Shown: piece by piece, positions 17,890 through 27,107 of the stretch
Numbering within the stretch: the stretch's first letter is position 1
How the letters are laid out: each line of letters begins with the position of its first letter
NCBI GenBank assembly: GCA_034190465.1
Contig: JAXINV010000027.1
Span: forward strand, 1-32,091
Length of the DNA: 32,091 nucleotides
Origin: Candidatus Asbonarchaeum danakilense
GTDB lineage: Archaea; Nanohalarchaeota; Nanosalinia; Nanosalinales; Nanoanaerosalinaceae
Reading direction: 5' to 3'
Notes under the pieces: generated by a model
What the model was told of the DNA's origin: nothing
Seen by the model: the letters and a program-made list of their open reading frames with translations, nothing else
The model's database searches: none
Position numbers and translations under genes: made by a program

Positions 17890-18426
17890 TCAGTAGGTCG
17901 GATGCTTCTCATCCACATCGTTCCGGTGGTTTACGGTCCGGGCAAGCACGAACAAGAGATCGCCCAGTCGGTTCACATACTTCAGCAGCGCGGCGTTGAC
18001 TTCTTCCTCGCCGCTCAGCGTGACGAGACGTCGCTCCGCACGGCGACATACCGCCCGTGCAACGAACAGCTCCGACGCCGCCTTCGCCCCGCCCTGGAGC
18101 AGGAAGTCCTCCAGGTCCGGGAGCTCCTCGTTGTGGCGGTCGATGACCTCTTCCAGCCAGTCCACGTGGTCGTCCTGGATGCGGGGGTGGTCGTCGTCCA
18201 TCTCCGTGTTGGAAAGGTCCGTCTGGCAGATGTGCAGCTGGTTCTGCACCGTCTCCAGCTCATCGATCAGTTCATCCTCGTCCAGCCAGGACATCGCCCG
18301 GCCGATCACCGCGTTCAGCTCATCGATCGTGCCGTACGCCTCGGTCCGTGGGTCGTCCTTGTGGACGCGCTCCCCCGAGAAGAGGTCGGTCCTGCCCTTG
18401 TCGCCACGCTTCGTGTAGATCGGCAT
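17890..18426 (-). CDS. pduO: ATP:cob(I)alamin adenosyltransferase, PduO type
   Basis: IYTKRGDKGRT, AYGTIDELNA, ARAVCRRAERR, YVNRLGD.LF..AR. Confidence 0.93.
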   Translation of the reverse strand: MPIYTKRGDKGRTDLFSGERVHKDDPRTEAYGTIDELNAVIGRAMSWLDEDELIDELETVQNQLHICQTDLSNTEMDDDHPRIQDDHVDWLEEVIDRHNEELPDLEDFLLQGGAKAASELFVARAVCRRAERRLVTLSGEEEVNAALLKYVNRLGDLLFVLARTVNHRNDVDEKHPTY

Positions 18427-18458
18427 ACGGTGGACTGGGACGTGCAGCTATTTCAGCG

Positions 18459-18857
18459 TTACGACATGTCGCGGTACGCCCGGACCTCCCGATGGAAGAA
18501 CTCGTTCAGCGTAGCCTCCGCATCGTCCAGCAGCACCCATCGCTCCTCCTCGTGTTCCTCGCTGAGCACCACGTCCCGGTCCCCTGCCCCGCAGCGGAAC
18601 ACGATCATCGTGACCGTCTGGCCGTCGTCCCGGTCGAAGTGACGGACCGTCAGCGGCTCGTGCAGCTCCACGTCGAGGCCAGTCTCCTCCTCGACCTCGC
18701 GCTGCAGCCCTGCCCGCGGCTCCTCGCCGGGAGAAAGGCGGCCACCGGGAAGCTCCCAGATGCCTGGCTCCTGGACGTCGTCCGCCGCACGTCGGACCGC
18801 CAGCACGTCGCCGTCGTCGACGATGAACGCCTTCACAGCCAGCTGGAACCCGTTCAC
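18459..18857 (-). CDS. Nudix hydrolase
   Basis: Nudix box GGRLSPGEEPRAGLQREVEEETG; GTG start overlaps the upstream stop (GTGA at 18854-18857). Confidence 0.88.
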   Translation of the reverse strand: MNGFQLAVKAFIVDDGDVLAVRRAADDVQEPGIWELPGGRLSPGEEPRAGLQREVEEETGLDVELHEPLTVRHFDRDDGQTVTMIVFRCGAGDRDVVLSEEHEEERWVLLDDAEATLNEFFHREVRAYRDMS

Positions 18858-19300
18858 CGGAACACCTGCAGCTCCGTCGTCCTGGCGTTCTCCTTGATGG
18901 ACAGCTCTTCCTCGACGTGGACAAGCAGCCGGACCGGGCCGTGGTCGCCCGTCACCGTCCGGGTGTCGTGGTTGAGGCCGTTCCGGGCGGCTTTCGTCCA
19001 CGGCTGGAGCACACCGACAGCGTCGTCGGGCAGGTGGAGGGATTCGTTACAGGTGACGAGGTAGGTGCCCTCGTCAAGCTCCCACCAGCCGTAGTCGTCG
19101 TCCGGGTCGCGTCGCTCCGGGCTCAGTTCCTCGGTCGCGGCCTCCTCGTACTCGCCGCCACCGAAGTCCAGCTGGCCGCCGCCTGTGACCTGTTCGACCG
19201 TGTCAACGGTCAGCGTCAGGGATCCGTCATCGAACTGGGTTTCCACGTGGACAATCCCGTCGACCATCGCCTCGATCTCGTCGCTGGTAGCAGGCCGCAT
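18854..19300 (-). CDS. Trimeric dUTPase/dCTP deaminase-fold protein (haloarchaeal type)
   Basis: VHVETQ...LTV...DFGGGE...DDYGWWELDEGTYLVTCNE pattern. Start chosen at ATG 19300, 23 nt from CTTAAG (19323-19328); ATG 19321 is the alternative. Confidence 0.75.
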   Translation of the reverse strand: MRPATSDEIEAMVDGIVHVETQFDDGSLTLTVDTVEQVTGGGQLDFGGGEYEEAATEELSPERRDPDDDYGWWELDEGTYLVTCNESLHLPDDAVGVLQPWTKAARNGLNHDTRTVTGDHGPVRLLVHVEEELSIKENARTTELQVFR

Positions 19301-19380
19301 GGCCGGGGATTGGTCTCCCATGCTTAAGCCGGTTGTGCTGGGGCAGTACCAATTTATGTCCGGACCTCCCAGTTCCATGC

Positions 19381-19917
19381 ATGCCAACAGAGGGACGGAC
19401 CGGCGTCATCATCGTCGACTTCCAGAAGGAGTGGTCGCTGGTGGACTCACCGTTCAACATCGGCCGGACCAGTCTGGCGGCGGACAAGTGCCGGACACTG
19501 GTCCACGAAGCACTGCAGCGAGACCTCCCAGTCTTCTACACGCAGAAATTCATCGAGGACCATCAGGAGAAGGCGTTCTCCCCGTACGAGACACGTTCCG
19601 ACATGCACGACGAACTGCCGAGCGACCCCGAGATCGAGGTGATCGACCATTACAGCTGGGATCCGTTCTACCAAACCATGCTGGAAGACATGCTGATCCG
19701 GAACGAGGTCGAACACGTCGTCGTGGCTGGGCTGGCAGTCAACGCCGGTGTCAGAGAGTGCGTCAGCTCGGCATATGATAGAGACTTCACAGTGACGTTG
19801 ATGGAGGACGGATGCTCGGCTGAATCCCACGAAGTAATGCAATACACGCTTGAAGACCTGCAGCGGTACAGGGACATCTTCATCGACGTGCTGCAAAACT
19901 TCAGATCGTTCCTGTAG
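19381..19917 (+). CDS. Isochorismatase/cysteine hydrolase-fold protein with an incomplete catalytic triad
   Basis: IIVDFQ, LPVFYT, F..T.LE..L, VVVAGLAVNAGV, AYDRDF.VT...DGC. Confidence 0.82.
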   Translation: MPTEGRTGVIIVDFQKEWSLVDSPFNIGRTSLAADKCRTLVHEALQRDLPVFYTQKFIEDHQEKAFSPYETRSDMHDELPSDPEIEVIDHYSWDPFYQTMLEDMLIRNEVEHVVVAGLAVNAGVRECVSSAYDRDFTVTLMEDGCSAESHEVMQYTLEDLQRYRDIFIDVLQNFRSFL

Positions 19918-20005
19918 CAGCGTGACGCGGCGAAGGGGTGGATTTAAACACTCGCCGTGACAACTATATCCTGTAAACCGTTCACTCTCAACACCCGGTG
20001 ACACC

Positions 20006-21079
20006 ATGCCACGGACACAGATCGAAGACCTGGATATCGAACGGCTCGAGATACTTGATGAAGACGGCAACGTCGACGAAGACCTCGAACCCGACCTCGA
20101 CGACGACACGCTCCTAAACATGTACCGCGACTTCATCTTCGCCCGCAGATTCGACGAGAAAGCGTTCAAGCTCCAGCGGAGGGGTGAATCAGGGACGTAC
20201 GCTCCGTTCAAGGGACAGGAGGCCTGCCAGATCGGTCCAGCCTACGCGATGGACGACCAGGACTGGATGGTCCCCTCGTTCCGCGAAGGCGCGATCGCCC
20301 TCTCGCGCGGCGTCGATCCCGCCCAGTTGATCCGGTACTTCATGGGCGACGAGTACGGCAACAAGGTCGGTGACAGCCACAACATGCCGGTCTCCATCCC
20401 TGTCGGCTCCCAGATCCCGCACGCCGCGGGGCTCGGCATGGCGGCGGACAGAATGGACGAGGACCACGGCGTACTCGTCTACTTCGGCGACGGCGCGACC
20501 AGCGAAGGCGACTTCCACGGCGGGATGAACTTCGCCGGTGTGTACAACGCCCCGGTCGTGTTCTTCAACCAGAACAACAAGTACGCCATCTCCGTCCCGC
20601 GGGAGCAACAGACCGCGTCCGACACCCTGGCGCAGAAGGCGCTGGCCTACGGGTTCAAGGGGCTGCAGGTCGACGGCAACGACGTCCTCGCGACATACGT
20701 CGCCACCAAGGAGGCGATGGAACGGGCGAAGAACGGCGACGGCCCGACGATGATCGAGGGCGACACCTACCGGCTGCACGTCCACACCACCAGCGACGAC
20801 CCGTCACGGTACCGCAGCGATGAAGAGGTCGAGGAATGGAAGGAGAAAGACCCGATCAAGCGGTTCGAAGCATACCTGAAGGACAGAGGAGTCCTCGACG
20901 ACGACAGGATCGAGGAGATCAAGGACGAGATGACGGAGAAGGTCGACGCCGCCGCGAAGGAGGCACTGGAGATGGACGAGCCAGCCGTCGACCACATGTT
21001 CGAACACTGCTACGACGAGATGCCGGACAGACTGCAAAGACAGCTCGAATCCCTCAAAGAGACGCGGGGTGATCTGTGA
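20006..21079 (+). CDS. pdhA: 2-oxoacid (probably pyruvate) dehydrogenase E1 alpha
   Basis: GQEA, GDGATSEGD...NN ThDP motif, YRLHVHTTSDD. Confidence 0.92.
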   Translation: MPRTQIEDLDIERLEILDEDGNVDEDLEPDLDDDTLLNMYRDFIFARRFDEKAFKLQRRGESGTYAPFKGQEACQIGPAYAMDDQDWMVPSFREGAIALSRGVDPAQLIRYFMGDEYGNKVGDSHNMPVSIPVGSQIPHAAGLGMAADRMDEDHGVLVYFGDGATSEGDFHGGMNFAGVYNAPVVFFNQNNKYAISVPREQQTASDTLAQKALAYGFKGLQVDGNDVLATYVATKEAMERAKNGDGPTMIEGDTYRLHVHTTSDDPSRYRSDEEVEEWKEKDPIKRFEAYLKDRGVLDDDRIEEIKDEMTEKVDAAAKEALEMDEPAVDHMFEHCYDEMPDRLQRQLESLKETRGDL

Positions 21080-22059
21080 TGAGCGAGGAACTGAACATCG
21101 TCGAGGCGGTCAACCACGCGCTGGACGACGCGATGGCGGCGGACGACACGGTCGCCGTCATGGGCGAGGACGTCGGCGTCGATGGCGGCGTGTTCCGCGC
21201 CACGCAGGGCCTGCTCGAGGAGTACGGCGAGGAACGGGTCATGGACACGCCACTGGACGAGGCAGGCATCATCGGCGCCGCCGTCGGCATGGCTGCCGGC
21301 GGGATGAAGCCGGTCGCAGAGATCCAGTTCTCCGGGTTCATCGTCCAGGCATTCCACCAGCTGAAGCAGCACGCCGCCAGGATGCGGACCCGGACACGGG
21401 ACGACATCAACCTGCCGATGGTGGTAAGGGCACCGTACGGCGGCGGTATCCGCGCCCTGGAGCACCACTCCGAGTCGCAGGAGGCGATCTACGCCAGGAT
21501 GGGCGGTATCAAGGTCGTCATCCCGTCGACGCCCGCGGACACGTACGGCCTGCTGCAGGAGGCGATCGACGACCCTGATCCAGTGCTGTTCCTCGAGCCG
21601 AAGAAGAGCTACCGTGCGTTCCGGGAGGAAGTGCCGGGCGATTCCGACGCCACGATCGGCGAGGCCGCGGTCCGGCAGGAGGGAAGCGACGTCACCGTCG
21701 TGTCCTGGGGTGCGATGGCTCGGGAAGCACAAGCTGCGGTCCAGACAGCGGAACAGGACCACGGCATCGACGCCGAACTGATCGACCTCCGGACCATCAA
21801 CCCGATGGACGAGCAAACGGTCATCGACTCCGTGCAGAAGACCGGGAGACTTGTTGTCGTCGCGGAGGAGCCGAAGATGGCAGGTATCGCCTCCGAACTG
21901 TCCGCACTGATGGCCGAGGAGAACCTGCTCAGCCTCCAGGCCCCGGTCAAGCGGGTCACCGGCTTCGATGTGCCGTTCCCGCTGTACCAGCTGGAGGACT
22001 ACTACCTGCCGAACGAGGAACGGATCGTCGCGAAGATGAAGGAGGCCGTCGAGTTCTGA
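21079..22059 (+). CDS. pdhB: 2-oxoacid dehydrogenase E1 beta
   Basis: GEDVG..GGVFR, DTPLDE, EIQFSGF, HHSES. Start is ATG 21079 or GTG 21076, both overlapping the pdhA stop. Confidence 0.92.
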   Translation: MSEELNIVEAVNHALDDAMAADDTVAVMGEDVGVDGGVFRATQGLLEEYGEERVMDTPLDEAGIIGAAVGMAAGGMKPVAEIQFSGFIVQAFHQLKQHAARMRTRTRDDINLPMVVRAPYGGGIRALEHHSESQEAIYARMGGIKVVIPSTPADTYGLLQEAIDDPDPVLFLEPKKSYRAFREEVPGDSDATIGEAAVRQEGSDVTVVSWGAMAREAQAAVQTAEQDHGIDAELIDLRTINPMDEQTVIDSVQKTGRLVVVAEEPKMAGIASELSALMAEENLLSLQAPVKRVTGFDVPFPLYQLEDYYLPNEERIVAKMKEAVEF

Positions 22060-22068
22060 GGTGTGACC

Positions 22069-23664
22069 ATGCCACGCGAATTCGAATTCCCGGACGTCGG
22101 TGAAGGCGTGACAGAGGGCAAACTGATCAACTGGCTCGTCGCAGAGGGCGACGAGGTCGAGGAGGATCAGTCCCTCGCCGAGGTCGAGACAGACAAGGCC
22201 GTCGTCGAGGTGCCATCACCGCAGGCCGGGAAAGTACTGGAACTGCACGCCGAGGAGGGCGAGACCATCAAGGTCGGCAACGTCATCGCCACCATCGGCG
22301 AGGAGGGCGAAGAAGCCGCAGCAGCGGAGACTGACGAAGAAGAGGATACCGAATCTGAGGAGGAAACACCGCCCGAACAGGGCAGCGGCGAGAGCACCTC
22401 CGTCGTCGGCGAGGTACCGGACGAGGAACAGCAGGAAGCCGACACAGCTGACGAACAGGCAGAGAAAGCACCGGAACAGCAGCCCGCAGCCGCTGAGGCA
22501 GAAGGAGGCGGTGGCGCGGTCAAGGCGATGCCCGCGGTCCGGAAGTACGCCGAGGAGCAGGGCGTCGACCTCTCGAAGGTCGAGGCCACCGGCAACCATG
22601 GCCAGGTCACGAAGGACGACGTCGATCGCCACCTCGAAGGCAGCGAAACGGCAGAAGGTGAAGCAGCGGAGGCTGAGGCCGGAATGCCGGGAGCCGAGGC
22701 AGAAGAGAGTGGACGCGTGCTCGCTACGCCGTCGACCCGGAAGTACGCACGGGAGCACGACGTCGACCTGGCACAGGTCGAGGGCACCGGTCCCGCCGGC
22801 AGGGTGACGCGGGAGGACGTCGACCGCTACCTCGAAGGCGGTGAAAAACCCGAACAGTCGGAGGAACACGGCGAGGTCGAACGCGAATCGGTCGAAGCAG
22901 CTCCCGTCGGCCGCTCGGAGATCCGTGAGACCAGCATGGATGACTACGACTTCGAGCAGTACGGCGAGGTCGAGCGGGAGGAAATCTCGCGGGTCAGGAA
23001 CGCGATCACGAAGAACATGGTCAAGTCGAAGTACACCGCGCCGCACGTCACCACGACCTGGGACGCGAAGATCGACGAGCTCTGGGAGCTCCGCGAGGAG
23101 GAGAAGGAGTACGCGGAGGAGCAGGACGTGCATCTCACTTTCCTGCCGTTCATCGCGAAGGCGGTCATCGGCGCATTGAAGAAGTACCCGTACGTCAACG
23201 CGTCGTTCGACGAGCAGAAGGGCGAGATCATCAAGAAGAAATACTACAACATGGGCATCGCGGTCGCGACCGACCACGGCCTGATGGTGCCCGTCATCAA
23301 GGACGCCGACGACAAGTCCACACTTGACCTGGCCCGGGAGATGAACGAGAAGGCAGAGAAGGCCCGGGACAAAAAGCTGTCGCTGGACGATATGCGAGGC
23401 GGCACGTTCACCATCACGAACTGGGGCAGCATCGGCGGCGAGTACGGCACACCGATCATCAACCCGCCCGAGGTCGGCATCATGGGCGTGGGCAGGATCC
23501 AGGAGAAACCCGTCGCTGAGGACGGCGAGGTCAAGGTCCGCAAGGTGCTCCCGCTGTCATTCACGTTCGACCACCGTGTCATCGACGGCGCGTACGGCGC
23601 AGAGTTCCTGATGGAGGTCGTCAAACACCTGGAAGACCCGGACAAGATGCTGCTGGACGACTGA
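22069..23664 (+). CDS. pdhC: Dihydrolipoamide acyltransferase E2 (one lipoyl domain, two E3-binding domains)
   Basis: ETDKA lipoyl-Lys motif, two P..RKYA.E..VDL..V..TG..G.VT..DV repeats, DHRVIDG active site. Confidence 0.93.
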   Translation: MPREFEFPDVGEGVTEGKLINWLVAEGDEVEEDQSLAEVETDKAVVEVPSPQAGKVLELHAEEGETIKVGNVIATIGEEGEEAAAAETDEEEDTESEEETPPEQGSGESTSVVGEVPDEEQQEADTADEQAEKAPEQQPAAAEAEGGGGAVKAMPAVRKYAEEQGVDLSKVEATGNHGQVTKDDVDRHLEGSETAEGEAAEAEAGMPGAEAEESGRVLATPSTRKYAREHDVDLAQVEGTGPAGRVTREDVDRYLEGGEKPEQSEEHGEVERESVEAAPVGRSEIRETSMDDYDFEQYGEVEREEISRVRNAITKNMVKSKYTAPHVTTTWDAKIDELWELREEEKEYAEEQDVHLTFLPFIAKAVIGALKKYPYVNASFDEQKGEIIKKKYYNMGIAVATDHGLMVPVIKDADDKSTLDLAREMNEKAEKARDKKLSLDDMRGGTFTITNWGSIGGEYGTPIINPPEVGIMGVGRIQEKPVAEDGEVKVRKVLPLSFTFDHRVIDGAYGAEFLMEVVKHLEDPDKMLLDD

Positions 23665-23673
23665 GGTGGTTCC

Positions 23674-25083
23674 ATGGTCGTCGGCGAGATCTCTGAAGGC
23701 GCGGACCTGGTCGTCATCGGGGCCGGCCCTGGCGGCTACCTGGCAGCGATCCGGGGCGCACAGCTCGGCATGGACGTGACACTTGTCGAGAAGGAGGACA
23801 TCGGCGGCATCTGCCTCAACCACGGCTGCATCCCGTCCAAGGCGCTCATCAACGCGGCGGGAACGGTCGACGATATCCGGACCGCGGACGAGATGGGTAT
23901 TGAGGCCGGCAACGTGACGGTCGACCCGACCGCGCTGCAGGAGTGGAAGGACGGCGTGGTCGACAGACTGACCGGCGGCGTCGAGCAGCTGGAGGAACAG
24001 TACGGCGTCGACATCGTGCAGGGCACGGCGGCGTTCCGCGGCCCGAAAAAGGTCCACATCTCGAGCGATGATAAAGGGACGACACTTGAGTTCCAGCACT
24101 GCATCATCGCGACCGGATCCACCCCTGTCGAGCTGCCGGACGCGCCGTTCGACGGCGAGACGGTCATCTCCTCGCGTGAGGCGCTGCAGCTGGAGGAGAT
24201 ACCGCGCGAGTTCATTGTCATCGGCGGCGGCTACATCGGCATGGAGCTGGGCATGGTGTACCAGAAGCTCGGCAGCCAGGTGACGGTGATCGAGGCCGGT
24301 GACCGGATTCTGCAGGGCAACGACAGGGAAGCCGCACAGCTGGTCCGTGAACGCGGCGAGGAGCTGGGCATGGAGTTCGTGACAGGTGCCCAGGCCGACG
24401 ACGTGACAGTTGACGACGGTTCCGCGACCGTGAACGCCGGCGGCGAGACGTACGAGGCGGACAAGGTGCTGGTCGCGGTAGGCCGCAGCCCGAACACGGA
24501 CGGCCTTGCGCTGGACCAGGCAGGCGTGGCGACCAGCGAGGACGGCTTCATCGAGATCGATGAACGGTGCAGGACCTCGGCGAACCATGTCTACGCGATC
24601 GGCGACGTGGCGGACCAGCCGATGCTGGCGCATAAAGCATACAAGGAAGGCATGGTCGCTGCCGAGGCCGCGGCCGGTAAAGCGAGCGTGAAGGACTACC
24701 AAGCCGTGCCGGCCTGCGTCTACACCGATCCCGAGATCGCGCAGACCGGGTTGACGGAGGACGAGGCCCAGGAGGCAGGGTACGACGTCACGACAGGCCG
24801 GTTCTCGTTCGCGGCGAACGGCCGCGCGATGACGATGAACGAGACCGACGGCTTCGTCAAGCTGGTCGCGACGGAGGACGACAGTGTGCTCCTGGGCGCG
24901 ACGATCTGCGGTCCGCACGCGTCGGAGCTGATCTCAGAGCTCACGCTCGCCATCGAGATGGGTGCCCTGGTGGAGGACATCGCGCTGACCATTCACCCCC
25001 ACCCGACGCTGACCGAGGCGGTGCACGAGGCAGCGGAAGATCTGCTCGGGCATCCGATCCACAAGTACAGGAAGCAGGAGTGA
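23674..25083 (+). CDS. lpdA: Dihydrolipoamide dehydrogenase E3
   Basis: GAGPGGY, GGICLNHGCIPSK, HPHPTLTE. Confidence 0.96.
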   Translation: MVVGEISEGADLVVIGAGPGGYLAAIRGAQLGMDVTLVEKEDIGGICLNHGCIPSKALINAAGTVDDIRTADEMGIEAGNVTVDPTALQEWKDGVVDRLTGGVEQLEEQYGVDIVQGTAAFRGPKKVHISSDDKGTTLEFQHCIIATGSTPVELPDAPFDGETVISSREALQLEEIPREFIVIGGGYIGMELGMVYQKLGSQVTVIEAGDRILQGNDREAAQLVRERGEELGMEFVTGAQADDVTVDDGSATVNAGGETYEADKVLVAVGRSPNTDGLALDQAGVATSEDGFIEIDERCRTSANHVYAIGDVADQPMLAHKAYKEGMVAAEAAAGKASVKDYQAVPACVYTDPEIAQTGLTEDEAQEAGYDVTTGRFSFAANGRAMTMNETDGFVKLVATEDDSVLLGATICGPHASELISELTLAIEMGALVEDIALTIHPHPTLTEAVHEAAEDLLGHPIHKYRKQE

Positions 25084-25087
25084 TAGT

Positions 25088-26230
25088 ATGACCGACCGGA
25101 CAGACCAGGTCGAGGCGCAGGCACGTGGCGGGGACATCACAGCGTTCCTCCACCTCGGGTTCACTCGCGACACGAATCTGGAGTATGTGGGCGAGACCGA
25201 TGTGCCCGATGTTGCAGCCTACGTTAACGATAACGAGGAGCACTTCCTTCTCTGTCCAGCCATCGAATACGGACGTATATCCTCTGAATCACCGCTCACA
25301 ACCGTATCATTCGGCGACTATGTGGAAGGAGATGCTCGAGGCGACTGGAAGAAATACGCAACGGTGTTGACGGGATTCCTGCACGATCGAGGGATTGAAC
25401 GGGTGACCGTCCCGGCAGGTTTCCCACAGTATCTCGCTACTACACTTGAGGAGGAAGGTATCACTGTCGTGACCGGACCAAACCTGATCGAGCGGGCGCG
25501 ACGGTGCAAAACTGCGGAAGAGATTGAACACCTTGAAGCGGCACAGGAAACAACCGAACGGATGATGAAAACCGTCGAGGAGACGCTGCGCGAGGCAACG
25601 GTTGAGGACGACACACTGCATCACGACGGCTCGGTACTGACCTCGGAGGAACTCAAGACGCGCCTGCGGAAACTGCTGCTCGAGGAGGGCTACCAGATGC
25701 AGGAATCGATCATCGCATGTGGTGAAGACAGTGCAGATCCACATGGACTCGGCTCAGGGCCGCTCTATGCCGGGCAGCCGATCATCGTGGACCTGTTCCC
25801 ACAGGCTTCCTCCGGCTACTGGGGCGATATGACACGGACGTTCTTCAAGCAGCACGCCAGCGAGAAAGCAAAACAGATGTATTCCGCCGTAAAGGAAGCA
25901 CAGGAAACGGCCCTCGAAACAATTGAGGCCGGAGTACCGGGAAGCAAGGTCCACCAGGCTGCGAAAGACGTCTTCAGCGAACACGGGTTTGAGACGACCG
26001 ACGGTGAAGGCTTCCTGCATCGAACCGGCCACAGCATCGGCCTGGAGCTCCACGAAGAGCCCAGCGTCAACGAGGACTGTGGCCGGCTCGAGGCTGGCAT
26101 GGTCCTCACAATCGAACCCGCACTGTACTACCAGGACACCGGCGGCATCCGTATTGAGGACATGGTCGTCGTCACCGATGACGGGTACCGTAACCTCAAC
26201 AGCTATGAGAAAGATCTCACTATCTGCTGA
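25088..26230 (+). CDS. M24 Xaa-Pro peptidase
   Basis: DPH, VD, GDMTRT, HRTGHSIGLELHEEP, TIEP, GIRIED metal-ligand motifs. Confidence 0.9.
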   Translation: MTDRTDQVEAQARGGDITAFLHLGFTRDTNLEYVGETDVPDVAAYVNDNEEHFLLCPAIEYGRISSESPLTTVSFGDYVEGDARGDWKKYATVLTGFLHDRGIERVTVPAGFPQYLATTLEEEGITVVTGPNLIERARRCKTAEEIEHLEAAQETTERMMKTVEETLREATVEDDTLHHDGSVLTSEELKTRLRKLLLEEGYQMQESIIACGEDSADPHGLGSGPLYAGQPIIVDLFPQASSGYWGDMTRTFFKQHASEKAKQMYSAVKEAQETALETIEAGVPGSKVHQAAKDVFSEHGFETTDGEGFLHRTGHSIGLELHEEPSVNEDCGRLEAGMVLTIEPALYYQDTGGIRIEDMVVVTDDGYRNLNSYEKDLTIC

Positions 26231-26986
26231 TCACGATGGAATCGTCCAGCGTTCCTCGTCCCGCGCCGCCGCGTCCCACTCCCAGTCGCTGAACACTTCC
26301 TCGAACCCGTCGGGGCCGTACCGGTAGACCGCTTCTTCGACCTTCTCCCCGCTCCAGAAGTCGTGGTGCTCCACGGTGACGTGGTCGTCGTCGGAGCTGA
26401 GGACGTGGAAGCTGGTGGACGGCATGTGGTCCTGCATGTTGTAGTTGTCGAACGTCGAGCCGGCGCCGATCGCCAGTGTGCCGTCGCTGAGCGCCCGGTC
26501 GAACGGCATATGGGAGTGGCCGTAGACCACGATGTCCGGCTCGCCGTGCGCGCTGCTGGATGACTGCTGTTTCTTGTAGTTGAGGTTGAAGTCACTCGGG
26601 TCGTGCTGCATCTCCAGCAGCAGGCCGTCGACCTCCGTCCTGACCGCCTGGTCGTAGTCGTCGGTCGGGACGTGGTTGACCCGTTCCGCGATGTCGCGAG
26701 CGAGGACGTCGTGGTTGCCCTGCGCGATCAGCACCTCGTCGAACGCTTCCTTCACGTCGTCGTACAGGTCCTCGACGTCGTCCGGCTCGCCGATGTCACC
26801 GGCGATGAGAAGACCGTCGCAGCCGTGTTCCTCGCCGTACCGTTCCAGGTGGTTGGCGACCGTTGTGGCGTACTCGATGTCGTCCTGCCCGTCCTCACCC
26901 CAGTCGAGGTGGAGGTCGGAGACGACGAGGTAGTCGTGTGCGTGGTCCTCCGCCGCGGACCGTTCCGGGTCAGGGTCGAAGGCCAT
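26231..26986 (-). CDS. Calcineurin-like metallophosphoesterase (YfcE/MJ0936-like)
   Basis: SDLH, AGD, GNHD, H and GHSH motifs in order; start ATG 26986 with a TATA-like box at about 27009-27017. Confidence 0.88.
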   Translation of the reverse strand: MAFDPDPERSAAEDHAHDYLVVSDLHLDWGEDGQDDIEYATTVANHLERYGEEHGCDGLLIAGDIGEPDDVEDLYDDVKEAFDEVLIAQGNHDVLARDIAERVNHVPTDDYDQAVRTEVDGLLLEMQHDPSDFNLNYKKQQSSSSAHGEPDIVVYGHSHMPFDRALSDGTLAIGAGSTFDNYNMQDHMPSTSFHVLSSDDDHVTVEHHDFWSGEKVEEAVYRYGPDGFEEVFSDWEWDAAARDEERWTIPS

Positions 26987-27011
26987 ACTGTGCAAGGCGG
27001 ACCACCGGTTT

Positions 27012-27085
27012 ATCAAGCTTCCGCCGCTGCTTGATGCAACCTAACAAATGGCAACAATTATTTAAATTTTGTTGAACTTTTGTTG
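27012..27085. promoter_or_regulatory. AT-rich divergent promoter with nested inverted repeats
   Basis: ATCAAGC-N10-GCTTGAT (27012-27035); TAACAA and CAACAA (27042, 27052) mirrored by TTGTTG x2 (27069, 27080) around ATTTAAAT. Confidence 0.55.
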
Positions 27086-27107
27086 TCTAAAGTTTACGAG
27101 TGATAAA

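Noticed and set aside
8791..24918. Long antisense ORFs (8791-10503, 13451-14935, 22216-23277, 23557-24918 and others)
   Set aside because: Expected stop-free shadows of GC-rich, GAC/GAG/GTC-biased genes; no motifs of their own.
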